A program made the position numbers and the translations under genes. 62,203 bases of DNA from Bradyrhizobium sp. (lineage in GTDB: Bacteria; Pseudomonadota; Alphaproteobacteria; Rhizobiales; Xanthobacteraceae), in the NCBI RefSeq assembly GCF_017881085.1, contig NZ_JADGRI010000001.1, forward strand, positions 1 to 62,203. Direction: 5' to 3'. How positions within the stretch are numbered: position 1 is the first letter of the stretch; every line of letters starts with the position of its first letter. The notes under the pieces are model-generated. The model worked only from the letters and a program-made list of their open reading frames with translations. It did no database searches and had not been told where the DNA came from. Shown here in pieces: positions 28,401 to 38,685 of the stretch.

Positions 28401-28419
28401 ATGTAAAAGTCTTTCACAT
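28401..28419. promoter_or_regulatory. Putative TetR operator overlapping the tetR start
   Basis: ATGTAAA-N5-TTCACAT, a near copy of the palindrome at 29215-29233. Confidence 0.6.
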
Positions 28420-29161
28420 GAGCTGGCGCAAGGAACAACGCCGCGCCGAGCGCGGCTATCACCACGGAAACCTGAAAGAGGCGCTGCTGCAGGCAGCCCT
28501 CGGGCTGATTGCGGAGAAGGGCGCGGCCGGCTTCACCTTTGCCGATGCCGCGCGGATGGCCGGCGTCAGCCCCGCGGCGCCATACCGGCATTTCCGCGAC
28601 CGCGACGAGCTCCTGTCCAGTATCGCCCAGCGCGGCTTCGAACAGTTCGAGGCGGCCCTCACCCAAGCCTGGGATGACGGGCGCCCCGACACCGTCACGG
28701 CGTTCGAGCGGGTCGGAAAAGCCTACCTCGCGTTCGCCCGCAACGAGCCGGCGTTCTATTCGGCGATGTTCGAATCAGGGCTTCCCGTCGACCTGAACCC
28801 CGCCTTGCAGGCGGCCAGCGAGCGCGCTTTCGGCATCATCAGGGCGGCTGCGGAGCGGCTCGCCGCGCTTGCGCCGCCGGGCACGCCGCGCCCGCCGGCG
28901 ATGATGATGGCGCTGCACATCTGGTCGATGTCGCACGGCGTGGCGTCGCTGTTCGCGCGCGGCGATGCGGCGCGCCGCAAGCTGCCGATGTCGGCGGAGG
29001 ATCTCCTCGAAGCGGAAGTGCTGATCTATCTGCGCGGTCTCGGCTTCCCCACCGAGCGCCGGCCGCCTCCCCAAAATGGAGCCGCCGAACCAAAACCGGC
29101 CGGCCCGCCGCCGGTACCTCCGTCCGGCCCTCCATCAGGCCCTTGGGGCACCCCAAAATAA
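28418..29161 (+). CDS. TetR/AcrR family regulator (WHG-type C-terminal domain)
   Basis: YHHGNLKEALL, ARMAGVSPAAPYRHF HTH and WSMSHG motifs. Confidence 0.93.
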   Translation: MSWRKEQRRAERGYHHGNLKEALLQAALGLIAEKGAAGFTFADAARMAGVSPAAPYRHFRDRDELLSSIAQRGFEQFEAALTQAWDDGRPDTVTAFERVGKAYLAFARNEPAFYSAMFESGLPVDLNPALQAASERAFGIIRAAAERLAALAPPGTPRPPAMMMALHIWSMSHGVASLFARGDAARRKLPMSAEDLLEAEVLIYLRGLGFPTERRPPPQNGAAEPKPAGPPPVPPSGPPSGPWGTPK

Positions 29162-29187
29162 ATTAGCGGGTGCCGCTAGCGCCCGGC

Positions 29188-29233
29188 TTGACAAAAACCC
29201 GGGATGGTTTAGGTATGTAAATGTTATTTACAT
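29188..29233 (+). promoter_or_regulatory. Sigma70-type promoter with overlapping palindromic operator
   Basis: TTGACA at 29188-29193; perfect palindrome ATGTAAA-N5-TTTACAT at 29215-29233. Confidence 0.65.
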
Positions 29234-29266
29234 TCACAACGGCGTGAAGCCGTCATGGAGAGGGAA

Positions 29267-29746
29267 ATGGCCTACACCGCAGATGTCAATCGTTGGCGCG
29301 GTCCCGCTGAAGAGCCCTACGAGCGACCGCATATGCTGCAATCTCCCTGGCACCCCGGCTGGATCGCCGTGACCGTGCTCGGTTTCATCATCTGGTGGCC
29401 GATCGGCCTTGCCCTTCTCTTTTTCACACTCGGGAGCAGAAAAATGGGTTGCTGGAGTCATCAAGACCGCTGGTCGAACAAGATGGAGCGGATGCAGTAC
29501 AAGATGGAGCGGATGCGCAACCGGATGGAGAGCCGCGGCTTCCCCTTCGGCCCACCCACGAGCGGCAACCGCGCCTTCGACGAATACCGCATGGAAACCC
29601 TGCGGCGCCTGGAGGAAGAGCAGACCGAATTCAAGGAATTCCTGGATCGCCTGCGCCACGCCAAGGACAAGGAAGAGTTCGACCAGTTCATGGCGCAGCA
29701 CAGACCGCGTCCGACGCCACCCCAGGACGGTCAGCCCCAGGCTTGA
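29267..29746 (+). CDS. DUF2852 domain protein
   Basis: VLGFIIWWPIGLALL TM segment, SGNRAFDEYRMETLRRLEEEQ and AKDKEEFDQFM motifs. Confidence 0.9.
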   Translation: MAYTADVNRWRGPAEEPYERPHMLQSPWHPGWIAVTVLGFIIWWPIGLALLFFTLGSRKMGCWSHQDRWSNKMERMQYKMERMRNRMESRGFPFGPPTSGNRAFDEYRMETLRRLEEEQTEFKEFLDRLRHAKDKEEFDQFMAQHRPRPTPPQDGQPQA

Positions 29747-29803
29747 GTTTCGAGAGCTGAAAGCCTCAGGCTGAGTGCCCCCATAACGCCTGACGGCGAC
29801 ACG

Positions 29804-29839
29804 ACCGCCCGTTTGCGAAAGCAGACGGGCGGTTTTTTT
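29804..29839 (+). terminator. Rho-independent terminator
   Basis: ACCGCCCGTTTGC-GAAA-GCAGACGGGCGGT followed by a T run. Confidence 0.9.
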
Positions 29840-29912
29840 GCGTTCGGAGGCTAATTCGGGAACAATTCGGCCATCCCGGTGCCTGCATTTCAGGCCGCCA
29901 AAATCCCCTTTG

Positions 29913-29931
29913 GTAACGAGGTATTAACCAT
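29913..29931. promoter_or_regulatory. Putative CtrA box upstream of tolQ
   Basis: GTAA-N7-TTAACCAT. Confidence 0.55.
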
Positions 29932-30146
29932 GATTAGCGTCTGGTTAGAGGCGAAAGGACGCGCGGACAGCCCTCGTTTTGACATGTTGGCAGGGGAAGC
30001 AGGCCCCGGCTTTGGACGGGCCTCTCATGTGACAGAGAACAGGGCTCTCGCGCTGGCATTTACGCCGCGCCCGCCGCGCGGCTGTCGAACCGGCAGCCAT
30101 TTGCTCCCGGAGATTTTGGGACAATTGCGTTGAGAGGATACCGCTA

Positions 30147-30860
<714 letters not shown>

Positions 30861-30899
30861 TCGGCGGTATAATGTGAAGCCCATCATGAGCACCCGATC

Positions 30900-31343
30900 A
30901 TGGCGATGAACATGGCAGGTTCGTCCGGCGGCGGCCGCCGCGGCCGGCGTCGCCCGGTGATGGCGGAAATCAACGTCACGCCGATGGTGGACGTAATGCT
31001 GGTGTTGCTGATCATCTTTATGGTGTCGGCGCCGCTGTTGACGGTCGGCGTGCCGCTCGATCTGCCGCAGACCCAGGCCAAGAGCCTCGATCAGGACAAG
31101 AACCCGCTGACGCTGTCGGTCAATCTGAAAGGCCAGGTCTTCCTCAACGAAACCGAGATCGGGCTCGATGATCTGGTGCCCAAGCTGAAGGCGATCACGG
31201 ATGCCCGCGGCGGACTCGATGAGCGAATTTTTGTCCGGGGCGACAAAAAAGTCGACTACGGTACCGTGATGAAGGTGATGGGACGGCTGTCGCAAGCCGG
31301 CTTCAGGCGCGTGGCGCTGGTGACGGAAGTGGATCAGGGGTAG
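30900..31343 (+). CDS. tolR: Tol-Pal protein TolR
   Basis: EINVTPMVDVMLVLLIIFMV and RGDKKVDYG motifs. Confidence 0.96.
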   Translation: MAMNMAGSSGGGRRGRRRPVMAEINVTPMVDVMLVLLIIFMVSAPLLTVGVPLDLPQTQAKSLDQDKNPLTLSVNLKGQVFLNETEIGLDDLVPKLKAITDARGGLDERIFVRGDKKVDYGTVMKVMGRLSQAGFRRVALVTEVDQG

Positions 31344-31351
31344 CTTCGAAG

Positions 31352-32299
31352 GTGAAGGTCGACAGGACACTCATTGCGTCGGTCGCACTCCATGTCCTCG
31401 TGATCGGATGGGGGGTGGTTTCCTTTTCGGCGCGCTCGCTCGAAGCGCCGCCGCCGGAGTCGATGCCGGTCGATATCATTTCAGCCGATCAGCTCTCCAA
31501 GATCACCGCCGGCATCAAGACCGGTGAAAAAGACAAACCGAAACCCATGGTCGAAAAGGTCGCCGATGCCACGCCGGCCGAGGACGCCGTCGGCAAGATC
31601 ACCGAAAAGAAGGAAATCGTGACGGCGTCGGCGCCGGAGCCGCCGCCTAAGCCGGTGGAAAAGCCGGTCGAGAAAAAGCCTGAGCCGCCGAAGCCGGTTG
31701 CCGAGAACAAGCCGAAAGACGAACCGAAGCCGGTCGAGAAGAAGCCCGACCCGCCCAAGGTCGATCCGATCGCGGAAGCCCTGAAGTCGGAAGAGGCCAA
31801 GAAGCCGGTGCCGAAACACGAGGCCAAGGCGACACCGCCGCAGCCACCGAAGCCGAAGCAGGAGCGCACCTTCGATCAGTCGAAGATCGCGGCCCTGCTC
31901 GACAAGCGCGATCCGACCCGGCAGGCCATCACCGGGGCGACGCTGAACTCCTCGGCCTCGCTCGGGACCACGCGCGGCACCGCGGCCACCCTGTCGCAGT
32001 CCGAATTGGACGCCATGCGCGCGCGGCTCGCGAGCCTGTGGAATGTCCAGCCCGGTGTCGAACATCCCGAAGAACTCTATGTCACCGTGCGGATCCGTCT
32101 GAACCCGGATCGCCGCCTCGCAGCACCGCCGCAGGTGGTTTCGACCGGAAGCTCGCCGCGCTACCAAGCCGCGGCGGATGCCGCCGTACGCGCTGTCCTG
32201 CAAGGCCAGCCCTACACCATGCTGCGGGACGAGACCTTCGACCAGTGGAAATACATGGACATCGATTTTGATCCCAAACAGATGTTCCACAGCGGATAA
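31352..32299 (+). CDS. tolA: Tol-Pal protein TolA
   Basis: N-terminal TM with SVALH motif, K/E/P-rich linker, TonB/TolA-type C-terminal domain; lies between tolR and tolB. Confidence 0.9.
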   Translation: MKVDRTLIASVALHVLVIGWGVVSFSARSLEAPPPESMPVDIISADQLSKITAGIKTGEKDKPKPMVEKVADATPAEDAVGKITEKKEIVTASAPEPPPKPVEKPVEKKPEPPKPVAENKPKDEPKPVEKKPDPPKVDPIAEALKSEEAKKPVPKHEAKATPPQPPKPKQERTFDQSKIAALLDKRDPTRQAITGATLNSSASLGTTRGTAATLSQSELDAMRARLASLWNVQPGVEHPEELYVTVRIRLNPDRRLAAPPQVVSTGSSPRYQAAADAAVRAVLQGQPYTMLRDETFDQWKYMDIDFDPKQMFHSG

Positions 32300-32324
32300 T
32301 TTGATTTTTGGAAATGAGCCAGCA

Positions 32325-33689
32325 ATGCCCGTGACGTCGTTTTCGCTTCCTCCGCTGCCGCTTTCCCGCCGTCACGTCCTGATCGGCGGCGCCGGCGCGG
32401 CTGCAGGTATGCTCTTGCCCTCGCTCGCCGGCGCGCAGACCAAATTGCAGATCACCGAAGGCAATGTCGCGCCACTTCCGATCGCAATTCCGGATTTTGT
32501 CGCCGGCTCGCCCGCGGACGGCGAAGTCGGCGTCGGCGTGTCCCAGGTCATCACCAACAATTTGAAGCGCAGCGGGCTGTTCGCGCCGATCGATCAGGCG
32601 GCCTTCATCGAGAAGATCGTCAACATCGACGCCGCGCCGCAATTCCAGAACTGGAAGACCATCAACGCCCAGGCGCTCGTCACCGGCCGTATGACGAAAC
32701 AGGGCGACGGGCGTCTGAAGGCCGAATTTCGCCTCTGGGACGTCGCCTCCGGCCAGCAGCTCGCGGGCCAGCAATATTTCACCTCGCCCGAATACTGGCG
32801 CCGGATCGCGCACATCATCTCCGACCAGATCTACGAGCGCCTGACCGGAGAGAAGGGCTATTTCGACAGCCGCGTGGTGTTCGTCGACGAAAGCGGCCCC
32901 GCGGAACGGCGCATCAAGCGGCTGGCGCTGATGGACCAGGACGGCGCCAATGTGCGCTATTTGACGCGCGGCAGCGATCTCGTGCTGACGCCACGCTTCT
33001 CGCCGTCAACCCAGGAAATCACCTATATGGAGTTCGGCCAGGGCGACCCGAAGGTCTATCTGCGCAATATCGAGACCGGACAGACCGAGATCGTCGGCAA
33101 TTTTCCCGGCATGTCGTTCTCGCCGCGCTTCTCGCCGGACGGCCAGCGCGTGATCATGAGCCTACAGCAGGGCGGCAATTCGAACCTGTTCGTGATGGAT
33201 CTGCGCTCGAAGTCGACCACGCGTCTCACCGATACGCCGGCGATCGATACCTCGCCGTCCTATTCGCCCGACGGCAGCCGCATCTGCTTCGAGTCCGACC
33301 GCGGCGGCAAGCCGCAGATCTACGTGATGCCGGCGGCCGGCGGACCCGCGCAACGCATCTCCTTCAGCAAGGATGACACCAACGGCAGCTATTCGACCCC
33401 GGTCTGGTCGCCGCGCGGCGACTATATCGCTTTCACCAAGCAGGGTGGCGGTCAGTTTTCCATCGGTATCATGAAGCCCGATGGCTCGGGCGAGCGGATC
33501 CTCACGTCCGGGTTTCACAACGAGGGGCCGACCTTCGCGCCGAACGGCCGGGTGGTCATGTTCTTCCGCGATCCCGGCGGCAGTGGCGGCCCTTCGCTGT
33601 TCACCGTGGACATCTCGGGACGCAACGAACTGAAGGTGCCGACCCCCGGCTTCGCGTCCGACCCGGCGTGGTCGCCGCTGCTTTCGTGA
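32325..33689 (+). CDS. tolB: Tol-Pal beta-propeller protein TolB
   Basis: [34 protein letters not shown] and repeated PxxSPDG blades; start moved to ATG 32325. Confidence 0.97.
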   Translation: MPVTSFSLPPLPLSRRHVLIGGAGAAAGMLLPSLAGAQTKLQITEGNVAPLPIAIPDFVAGSPADGEVGVGVSQVITNNLKRSGLFAPIDQAAFIEKIVNIDAAPQFQNWKTINAQALVTGRMTKQGDGRLKAEFRLWDVASGQQLAGQQYFTSPEYWRRIAHIISDQIYERLTGEKGYFDSRVVFVDESGPAERRIKRLALMDQDGANVRYLTRGSDLVLTPRFSPSTQEITYMEFGQGDPKVYLRNIETGQTEIVGNFPGMSFSPRFSPDGQRVIMSLQQGGNSNLFVMDLRSKSTTRLTDTPAIDTSPSYSPDGSRICFESDRGGKPQIYVMPAAGGPAQRISFSKDDTNGSYSTPVWSPRGDYIAFTKQGGGQFSIGIMKPDGSGERILTSGFHNEGPTFAPNGRVVMFFRDPGGSGGPSLFTVDISGRNELKVPTPGFASDPAWSPLLS

Positions 33690-33736
33690 CATCGGCCGAT
33701 CGACAGGCGCTTCCCGTCGATCCCGGCCTGCGTGGC

Positions 33737-34726
33737 CTATAACGTCGACGCTGCGGTTTCGATTTCAATGTGTCGAACCGACGCGCAATCCCACAGCAAC
33801 CCGCTGAAATAGCCGTATGTCACGTGCGCGATTTGCGGATAGGGATCCCGCGTCATCAACAGCCGGTGAAGCTCCGCAAGCCGGAAGCAGGGCACGCCGG
33901 GGAATAGATGGTGTTCGATATGATAGTTCAGTCCCCAAGGGGCGATCAGCCAGCGCTCCCAGAACGGAGCCACGACGGTACGGCTTTCGTTGAGCACGTT
34001 CTCGTGCTCTACGGCATAGTGCTCGGCGACGCTGCGGATATATCGAATGGCCAGGAAGACCGTCATAAGAGGGACGATCCAGTAAAGCAGGATGAACTTC
34101 CAGAAGCCCAGCACGATCGATGAAACCAAGAGCGCTGCAAAGAAGAACAATCGCGCACGGGCCACAGCAACCGCAATGTCGCGGGTATCCTTGTTCTTGT
34201 GAAATCCCGTCACGGCGGTAACGGTCTTCAGACCCAATAGATACTGCAAGGTGCGCATCAGCACGCTGGTCCGCGGCGCCGGAAATTCGTATTCCTTCAG
34301 TCCCAGGTTTCGTTGCCAGTCGGGATCGTTCTCGCTGTTCAACTCGCGGTGATGTGCGAAATGACTGTTTCGATAGCCGGCCATCGATGTCGATGTCGGC
34401 AGTGCAAGAATTTCTCCGACGAAGTCGTTGAGCTGTCGGTTGGCGTAGCCGCGATAATGGGCGGCGTCGTGCATCAGTGCCCCGAGTCCATTGATTCGCG
34501 AGCCAATGACGATGACGGCGAGCGCATATGTCAAAGGGTTCCACCAAGTCTCGCTCATCCAGACAGCGGCCGCAACCAGGCCGAATTCAAGCACGGCCGC
34601 TGCGGTGAATTTTACGCTGTCGATTTCCGAGAAATTGCGGATTTCCTCCTTGGAGAGGAGACGCGGAATGTTCTGCAGACAGGAATCACCCAGTTTCGCC
34701 GAGCGAGCTACAACCGTATCGGTCAT
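33737..34726 (-). CDS. Membrane fatty acid desaturase family protein
   Basis: Three His boxes HDAAH, HFAHH and HIEHH, plus AEH and DPD; TM helices; CAGGAG RBS before ATG 34726. Confidence 0.9.
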   Translation of the reverse strand: MTDTVVARSAKLGDSCLQNIPRLLSKEEIRNFSEIDSVKFTAAAVLEFGLVAAAVWMSETWWNPLTYALAVIVIGSRINGLGALMHDAAHYRGYANRQLNDFVGEILALPTSTSMAGYRNSHFAHHRELNSENDPDWQRNLGLKEYEFPAPRTSVLMRTLQYLLGLKTVTAVTGFHKNKDTRDIAVAVARARLFFFAALLVSSIVLGFWKFILLYWIVPLMTVFLAIRYIRSVAEHYAVEHENVLNESRTVVAPFWERWLIAPWGLNYHIEHHLFPGVPCFRLAELHRLLMTRDPYPQIAHVTYGYFSGLLWDCASVRHIEIETAASTL

Positions 34727-34791
34727 CCGGTACTCCTGAACCCAATTTTTCGGCCAGAAAGTACCTTTTATTGATCGCTTTACCAAGAAGG

Positions 34792-34830
34792 TTAACCCGA
34801 AATTAAGCTCAAATCTTAAGGCGTGGTTAA
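34792..34830. promoter_or_regulatory. Tandem CtrA-type boxes upstream of the desaturase
   Basis: Perfect TTAA-N7-TTAA at 34792-34806 and 34816-34830. Confidence 0.75.
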
Positions 34831-35148
34831 GATTTTCCGTCGGGCCCGCGCCCTGCGCCGGCCCTTTCCGATGTCGTTCGGCGACCCGAAGGCAACCCCG
34901 ACGCTATCTGTTCATCGTCGACGCTCGGGGGCACCCTTGGGGGTGCAATGAATGGCGCTGCGACGAACTGGTTCCACCTTCAACACGCGGCAACGCCGAG
35001 GTCGGCAAGCCTTGCCTAGGCTGCTGATTTATCGAGCGGATCGTTACGTTGTCGCGGGAAAAACAATGCCTCGGTAACGATGTTCCCTCAGAAAGACTTC
35101 ACCTGCGATAGGTAAGACTACCTACCGAACAGGACCCGCGCACTCCCA

Positions 35149-37479
35149 ATGCAGCTTGCAAATCCGACCGGAGACCTCGATCAGCAGATGCCGCCGTCGG
35201 TTTACGCGGCGATGGTGGATTCTCTGTTCATGAATCCCGCGCCGATGATCTTTGGCACCTTCGGCCCCGCCATCGCTTGCGCCGTGATCGCAAGCGTCAC
35301 CGGCGATTTCCTGGGCTGGCTATGTGTACCGCTCTTCGTGATAGTGGGACTGGCGCGCGCGCTCCAGATGTACCGCTACAAGCAGCGGAATTCTCCGTTG
35401 ACCGCGGCCGAAGCGGTACTTTGGGAAAAGCGATACCAGCGCGGTGCAGTCGCTTACGGAATCGCGCTCGGTATTTGGTCTCTCGCCGTTTTGCTGCGGA
35501 CCGACGATGCCGCCGCCCACATGCTCTGCGCCACGACGGTGGTTGCATGCACCTCGGGAGGCGTCGGCCGTGCATTTGGCCGGCCTCGAATTTTTCATTT
35601 GCAGGTCCTGCTGGCCTGCGGGCCCCTGATCGCCGCGCTGATGTTTATCGGCGGAGCCTATCACATCGCGCTTGCTCTCCTGAGCTTCGTTTTCTTCATC
35701 GCAATCCAGCGTCTCACCTCCAGCCTCCAGCGCATCTACCTGAACGCATGGGTCGCCAGAGAACGCGAGGCGGCTCTGGCCGGTCAGTTCGACACGGCTC
35801 TGAACAACATGCCGCACGGCCTTTGCATGTTCGCGGCCGACGGGCGGCTTGCGGTCATGAATCATCGATTCAGCGAGATGATGGACCTTGCCGACGATGT
35901 CGTGAGCGGCGGCGCAGACGCATCCGACGTCATCGCAGCCTGCATCAGCGCCGGCTCGATCTCGGCGTCGAGCGGCAAAATGATCCTCGCGGAAATAGAG
36001 CATACCCAGACCCGCGATATGATCACGACCGATCCCGATGCGACCCGCGGCCGGTCACTGTCATGGACATTCCAGCCGATGAACGGCGGCGGCGCCGTCG
36101 TGCTTCTGGAAGACATCACCGAACGGCGTAACGCCGAAGCCAGGATTACCCATCTGGCCCGTTACGACGAACTGACCACGCTTCCCAACCGGGTCAATTT
36201 CCGGGACGAGATCGAGCGCCTGCTGGCGGTGCCGCATGACGCCGAGCAATTGTCGGCGCTGTTGTTCATCGACCTCGATCAGTTCAAGCAGGTCAACGAT
36301 ACTCTGGGGCATCCCTGCGGCGACCAGCTGTTGTGCGCTGTCGCCGACCGACTGCGCAACATGCTGCGCCCGGAGGATTTTGTGGCGCGGTTCGGCGGCG
36401 ACGAATTCGTCGTGTTTCAGCAAAACATCAGATCGAACGAAGACGCCGCCCACCTGGCGCGACGAATCGTCGACCACCTGAGCGAACGGTATCAGATCGA
36501 CAATCATCTGGTTGAAATCGGCGCCAGCGTCGGCATCGCGATGACGTCGCCGCACATCAGCGCCGATACGCTGTTGAAGAACGCGGACATGGCGCTGTAT
36601 CGCGCCAAGGCGGACGGCCGCGGCACCTACTGTTTCTTCCGCGACGAGATGGCGCAGACCGTCGAGGCGCGCCGCATCCTGGAACTGGATCTGCGCAAGG
36701 CGCTCGCCAACGAGGAATTCGAGCTATTCTATCAGCCGCTGGTCAATCTCAAGTCCGGGCGGATCGCGACCTGCGAGGCGTTGCTGCGGTGGAATCATCC
36801 GGTGCGCGGCACGGTTTCCCCGGTCGACATCATTCCGGTCGCCGAAGACATGGGCCTGATCGTCGATCTCGGCCGCTGGATCCTGCGCAGGGCCTGCATG
36901 GAATGCATGAAATGGCCGGAAGGCGTCAGCGTTGCGGTGAATTTCTCGCCGCAGCAGTTCCATCAGCGCGACGTGCTGAGTGAGGTGCGCTACGCGCTCG
37001 AGGTCTCCGGGCTGCCGGCGCACCGTCTCGAAATCGAAATCACCGAATCCTCGCTGTTGCGCAATACCCAGCTGACCCACGACGTATTGTCGCAACTGCG
37101 GACCCTCGGGGTGCGGATTTCGCTGGACGATTTCGGCACCGGCTATTCGAGCCTGAGCTATCTGCATAATTTCCCGCTGCAAAAGGTGAAGATCGACCGC
37201 TCCTTCCTCGAAGGCATCGACACCGATCGCCCGCTGACGCTGTTGCGCGGCGTGGCGCGGCTGTCAGCCGATCTCGGAATGTCGGTCGTGGTCGAAGGCA
37301 TCGAGACCAACGAACAGCTGGAACTGATCAGCGCTGACGGCACGGTGACCGAGGCGCAGGGCTATCTGTTCAGCCGGCCGGTGCCGGCGGTGCGGGTCCG
37401 CCAGTTGCTGAACGCTTCGCATGGCCGCCGCTCGCCCGACGAGCAAGTGCTCGTGCTTCCCGCCCGATCGATCGCCTAA
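35149..37479 (+). CDS. Membrane-anchored PAS-GGDEF-EAL diguanylate cyclase/phosphodiesterase
   Basis: About 5-6 N-terminal TM helices, PAS (NMPHGLCMF), RPED I-site and GGDEF, EALLRW, DDFGTGYSS, EGIE and QGY motifs all intact. Confidence 0.95.
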   Translation: MQLANPTGDLDQQMPPSVYAAMVDSLFMNPAPMIFGTFGPAIACAVIASVTGDFLGWLCVPLFVIVGLARALQMYRYKQRNSPLTAAEAVLWEKRYQRGAVAYGIALGIWSLAVLLRTDDAAAHMLCATTVVACTSGGVGRAFGRPRIFHLQVLLACGPLIAALMFIGGAYHIALALLSFVFFIAIQRLTSSLQRIYLNAWVAREREAALAGQFDTALNNMPHGLCMFAADGRLAVMNHRFSEMMDLADDVVSGGADASDVIAACISAGSISASSGKMILAEIEHTQTRDMITTDPDATRGRSLSWTFQPMNGGGAVVLLEDITERRNAEARITHLARYDELTTLPNRVNFRDEIERLLAVPHDAEQLSALLFIDLDQFKQVNDTLGHPCGDQLLCAVADRLRNMLRPEDFVARFGGDEFVVFQQNIRSNEDAAHLARRIVDHLSERYQIDNHLVEIGASVGIAMTSPHISADTLLKNADMALYRAKADGRGTYCFFRDEMAQTVEARRILELDLRKALANEEFELFYQPLVNLKSGRIATCEALLRWNHPVRGTVSPVDIIPVAEDMGLIVDLGRWILRRACMECMKWPEGVSVAVNFSPQQFHQRDVLSEVRYALEVSGLPAHRLEIEITESSLLRNTQLTHDVLSQLRTLGVRISLDDFGTGYSSLSYLHNFPLQKVKIDRSFLEGIDTDRPLTLLRGVARLSADLGMSVVVEGIETNEQLELISADGTVTEAQGYLFSRPVPAVRVRQLLNASHGRRSPDEQVLVLPARSIA

Positions 37480-37589
37480 GGATTCTGGCGGCTCCCCAAA
37501 GGGTAACTTCCTTCCTGGTTGGTCTGGTGGCGCGATGCCTGGAACTCCCAGGGGAGTTAACCCTAACAGAGCGATGCGTTTGCATTTCG

Positions 37590-37604
37590 TTAAGAAGCTG
37601 TTAA
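37590..37604. promoter_or_regulatory. CtrA-type box upstream of the FeeM-like gene
   Basis: Perfect TTAA-GAAGCTG-TTAA. Confidence 0.72.
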
Positions 37605-37653
37605 TCTTTTATTATTCGCGTGTAAGTTGCTGGGAAGTCGTATGGAGTATCAG

Positions 37654-38400
37654 ATGAGGTCCGCGGCCCGACCCTCTCTTGCGGCCCGTGTTCAAAATCC
37701 GGACCTGCTGGATCAAGTCGATTACCGTCTCGCGGAGACGCCGGCCGAAAAGGAAGAGATCTACAACCTTCGCTATCGGGCCTATCTTCGCGAGGGCGCA
37801 GTCCGGCCCTCCGCCGACCAGCGCGTGGTCGATCAATTTGAAGACGCCCCCAACGCCTGGACCTTCGGCGTTTACTTTCATGGCGAGCTTTACAGCTCAA
37901 TTCGCGTCAGCGTGCTGACGTCGGAGTGGCGGATGTCGCCGTCAGTTGAACTGTTTGGCGACGTGCTCCATCCCCAGCTCGACAAGGGGCTCATCTTCAT
38001 TGATTCAACGCGCTTTGTCGCCGACCCCGATAAGGCGAGGAATTTCCCGGAACTTCCCTATGTGACGGTCAGGCTGGGTTCGATGGCCGGCGTCTATTTC
38101 AAAGCTGACTACGGACTGGCTATCGTTCGTCCCGAGCATCAGGCGTTCTATCGCAAGGTGTTTCTGCAGGAAACCTGGTGTGAGCCGCGATTGTACCCGG
38201 GTCTCGTGAAGCCGGTCGGACTGATGGCGGCGCATTTGCCGACGGTGCGTGAAAAAGTGCTGGCCCGCTATCCGTTCCTGCGCTCAAGCGCATTCGAACG
38301 GCGGATGTTGTTCCAGCGCGCCAATGAACGCCGTTCATCTTCGCCGGCTGTGGTGGTCTCCCCGTTCGACCATGCCTCGATCGTTCCGCAGCAGTCCTGA
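37654..38400 (+). CDS. N-acyl amino acid synthase (FeeM-like; GNAT/LuxI-related fold)
   Basis: IYNLRYRAYLREG, D.FED, SIRV, TRFVAD and VRPEHQAFYRKVF patterns typical of FeeM/NasY-like acyltransferases; GGAG RBS before ATG 37654 (alternative 37642). Confidence 0.72.
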   Translation: MRSAARPSLAARVQNPDLLDQVDYRLAETPAEKEEIYNLRYRAYLREGAVRPSADQRVVDQFEDAPNAWTFGVYFHGELYSSIRVSVLTSEWRMSPSVELFGDVLHPQLDKGLIFIDSTRFVADPDKARNFPELPYVTVRLGSMAGVYFKADYGLAIVRPEHQAFYRKVFLQETWCEPRLYPGLVKPVGLMAAHLPTVREKVLARYPFLRSSAFERRMLFQRANERRSSSPAVVVSPFDHASIVPQQS

Positions 38401-38533
38401 CGATTCGGCCGGGTTCCCCCAGGGACCTATCGAAGTTGCCCATTTTGCGGACAGATGCGCAGATCGGCTTAGGATCAGCCTCAAAATAGGCGGTCCGGTC
38501 TCCGCATCGGCTTGCCTTCACCCTCGCGCCACA

Positions 38534-38635
38534 TTTACAACCCATTAACCATCGCGGTTGCTTTTGGCCGTTCGTCGGCATTTGATCGGGTCTGGCAACG
38601 TCCCATCAAGGTTGACGGAACGTTCGCTTAACCAT
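38534..38635. promoter_or_regulatory. CtrA-type sites upstream of pal
   Basis: TTTA-N7-TTAACCAT (38534-38552) and a TTAACCAT half site (38628-38635). Confidence 0.5.
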
Positions 38636-38685
38636 CGCCCTGTAGACCGGATGACAGTCTAGAACGTGAGCGTGGAGGCTCCGGA

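Noticed and set aside
31620-31860. Repetitive AAGCCG-rich sequence in tolA (and the QPG-type repeats in cpoB)
   Set aside because: Ordinary low-complexity protein linkers, not a CRISPR array or DNA repeat element.
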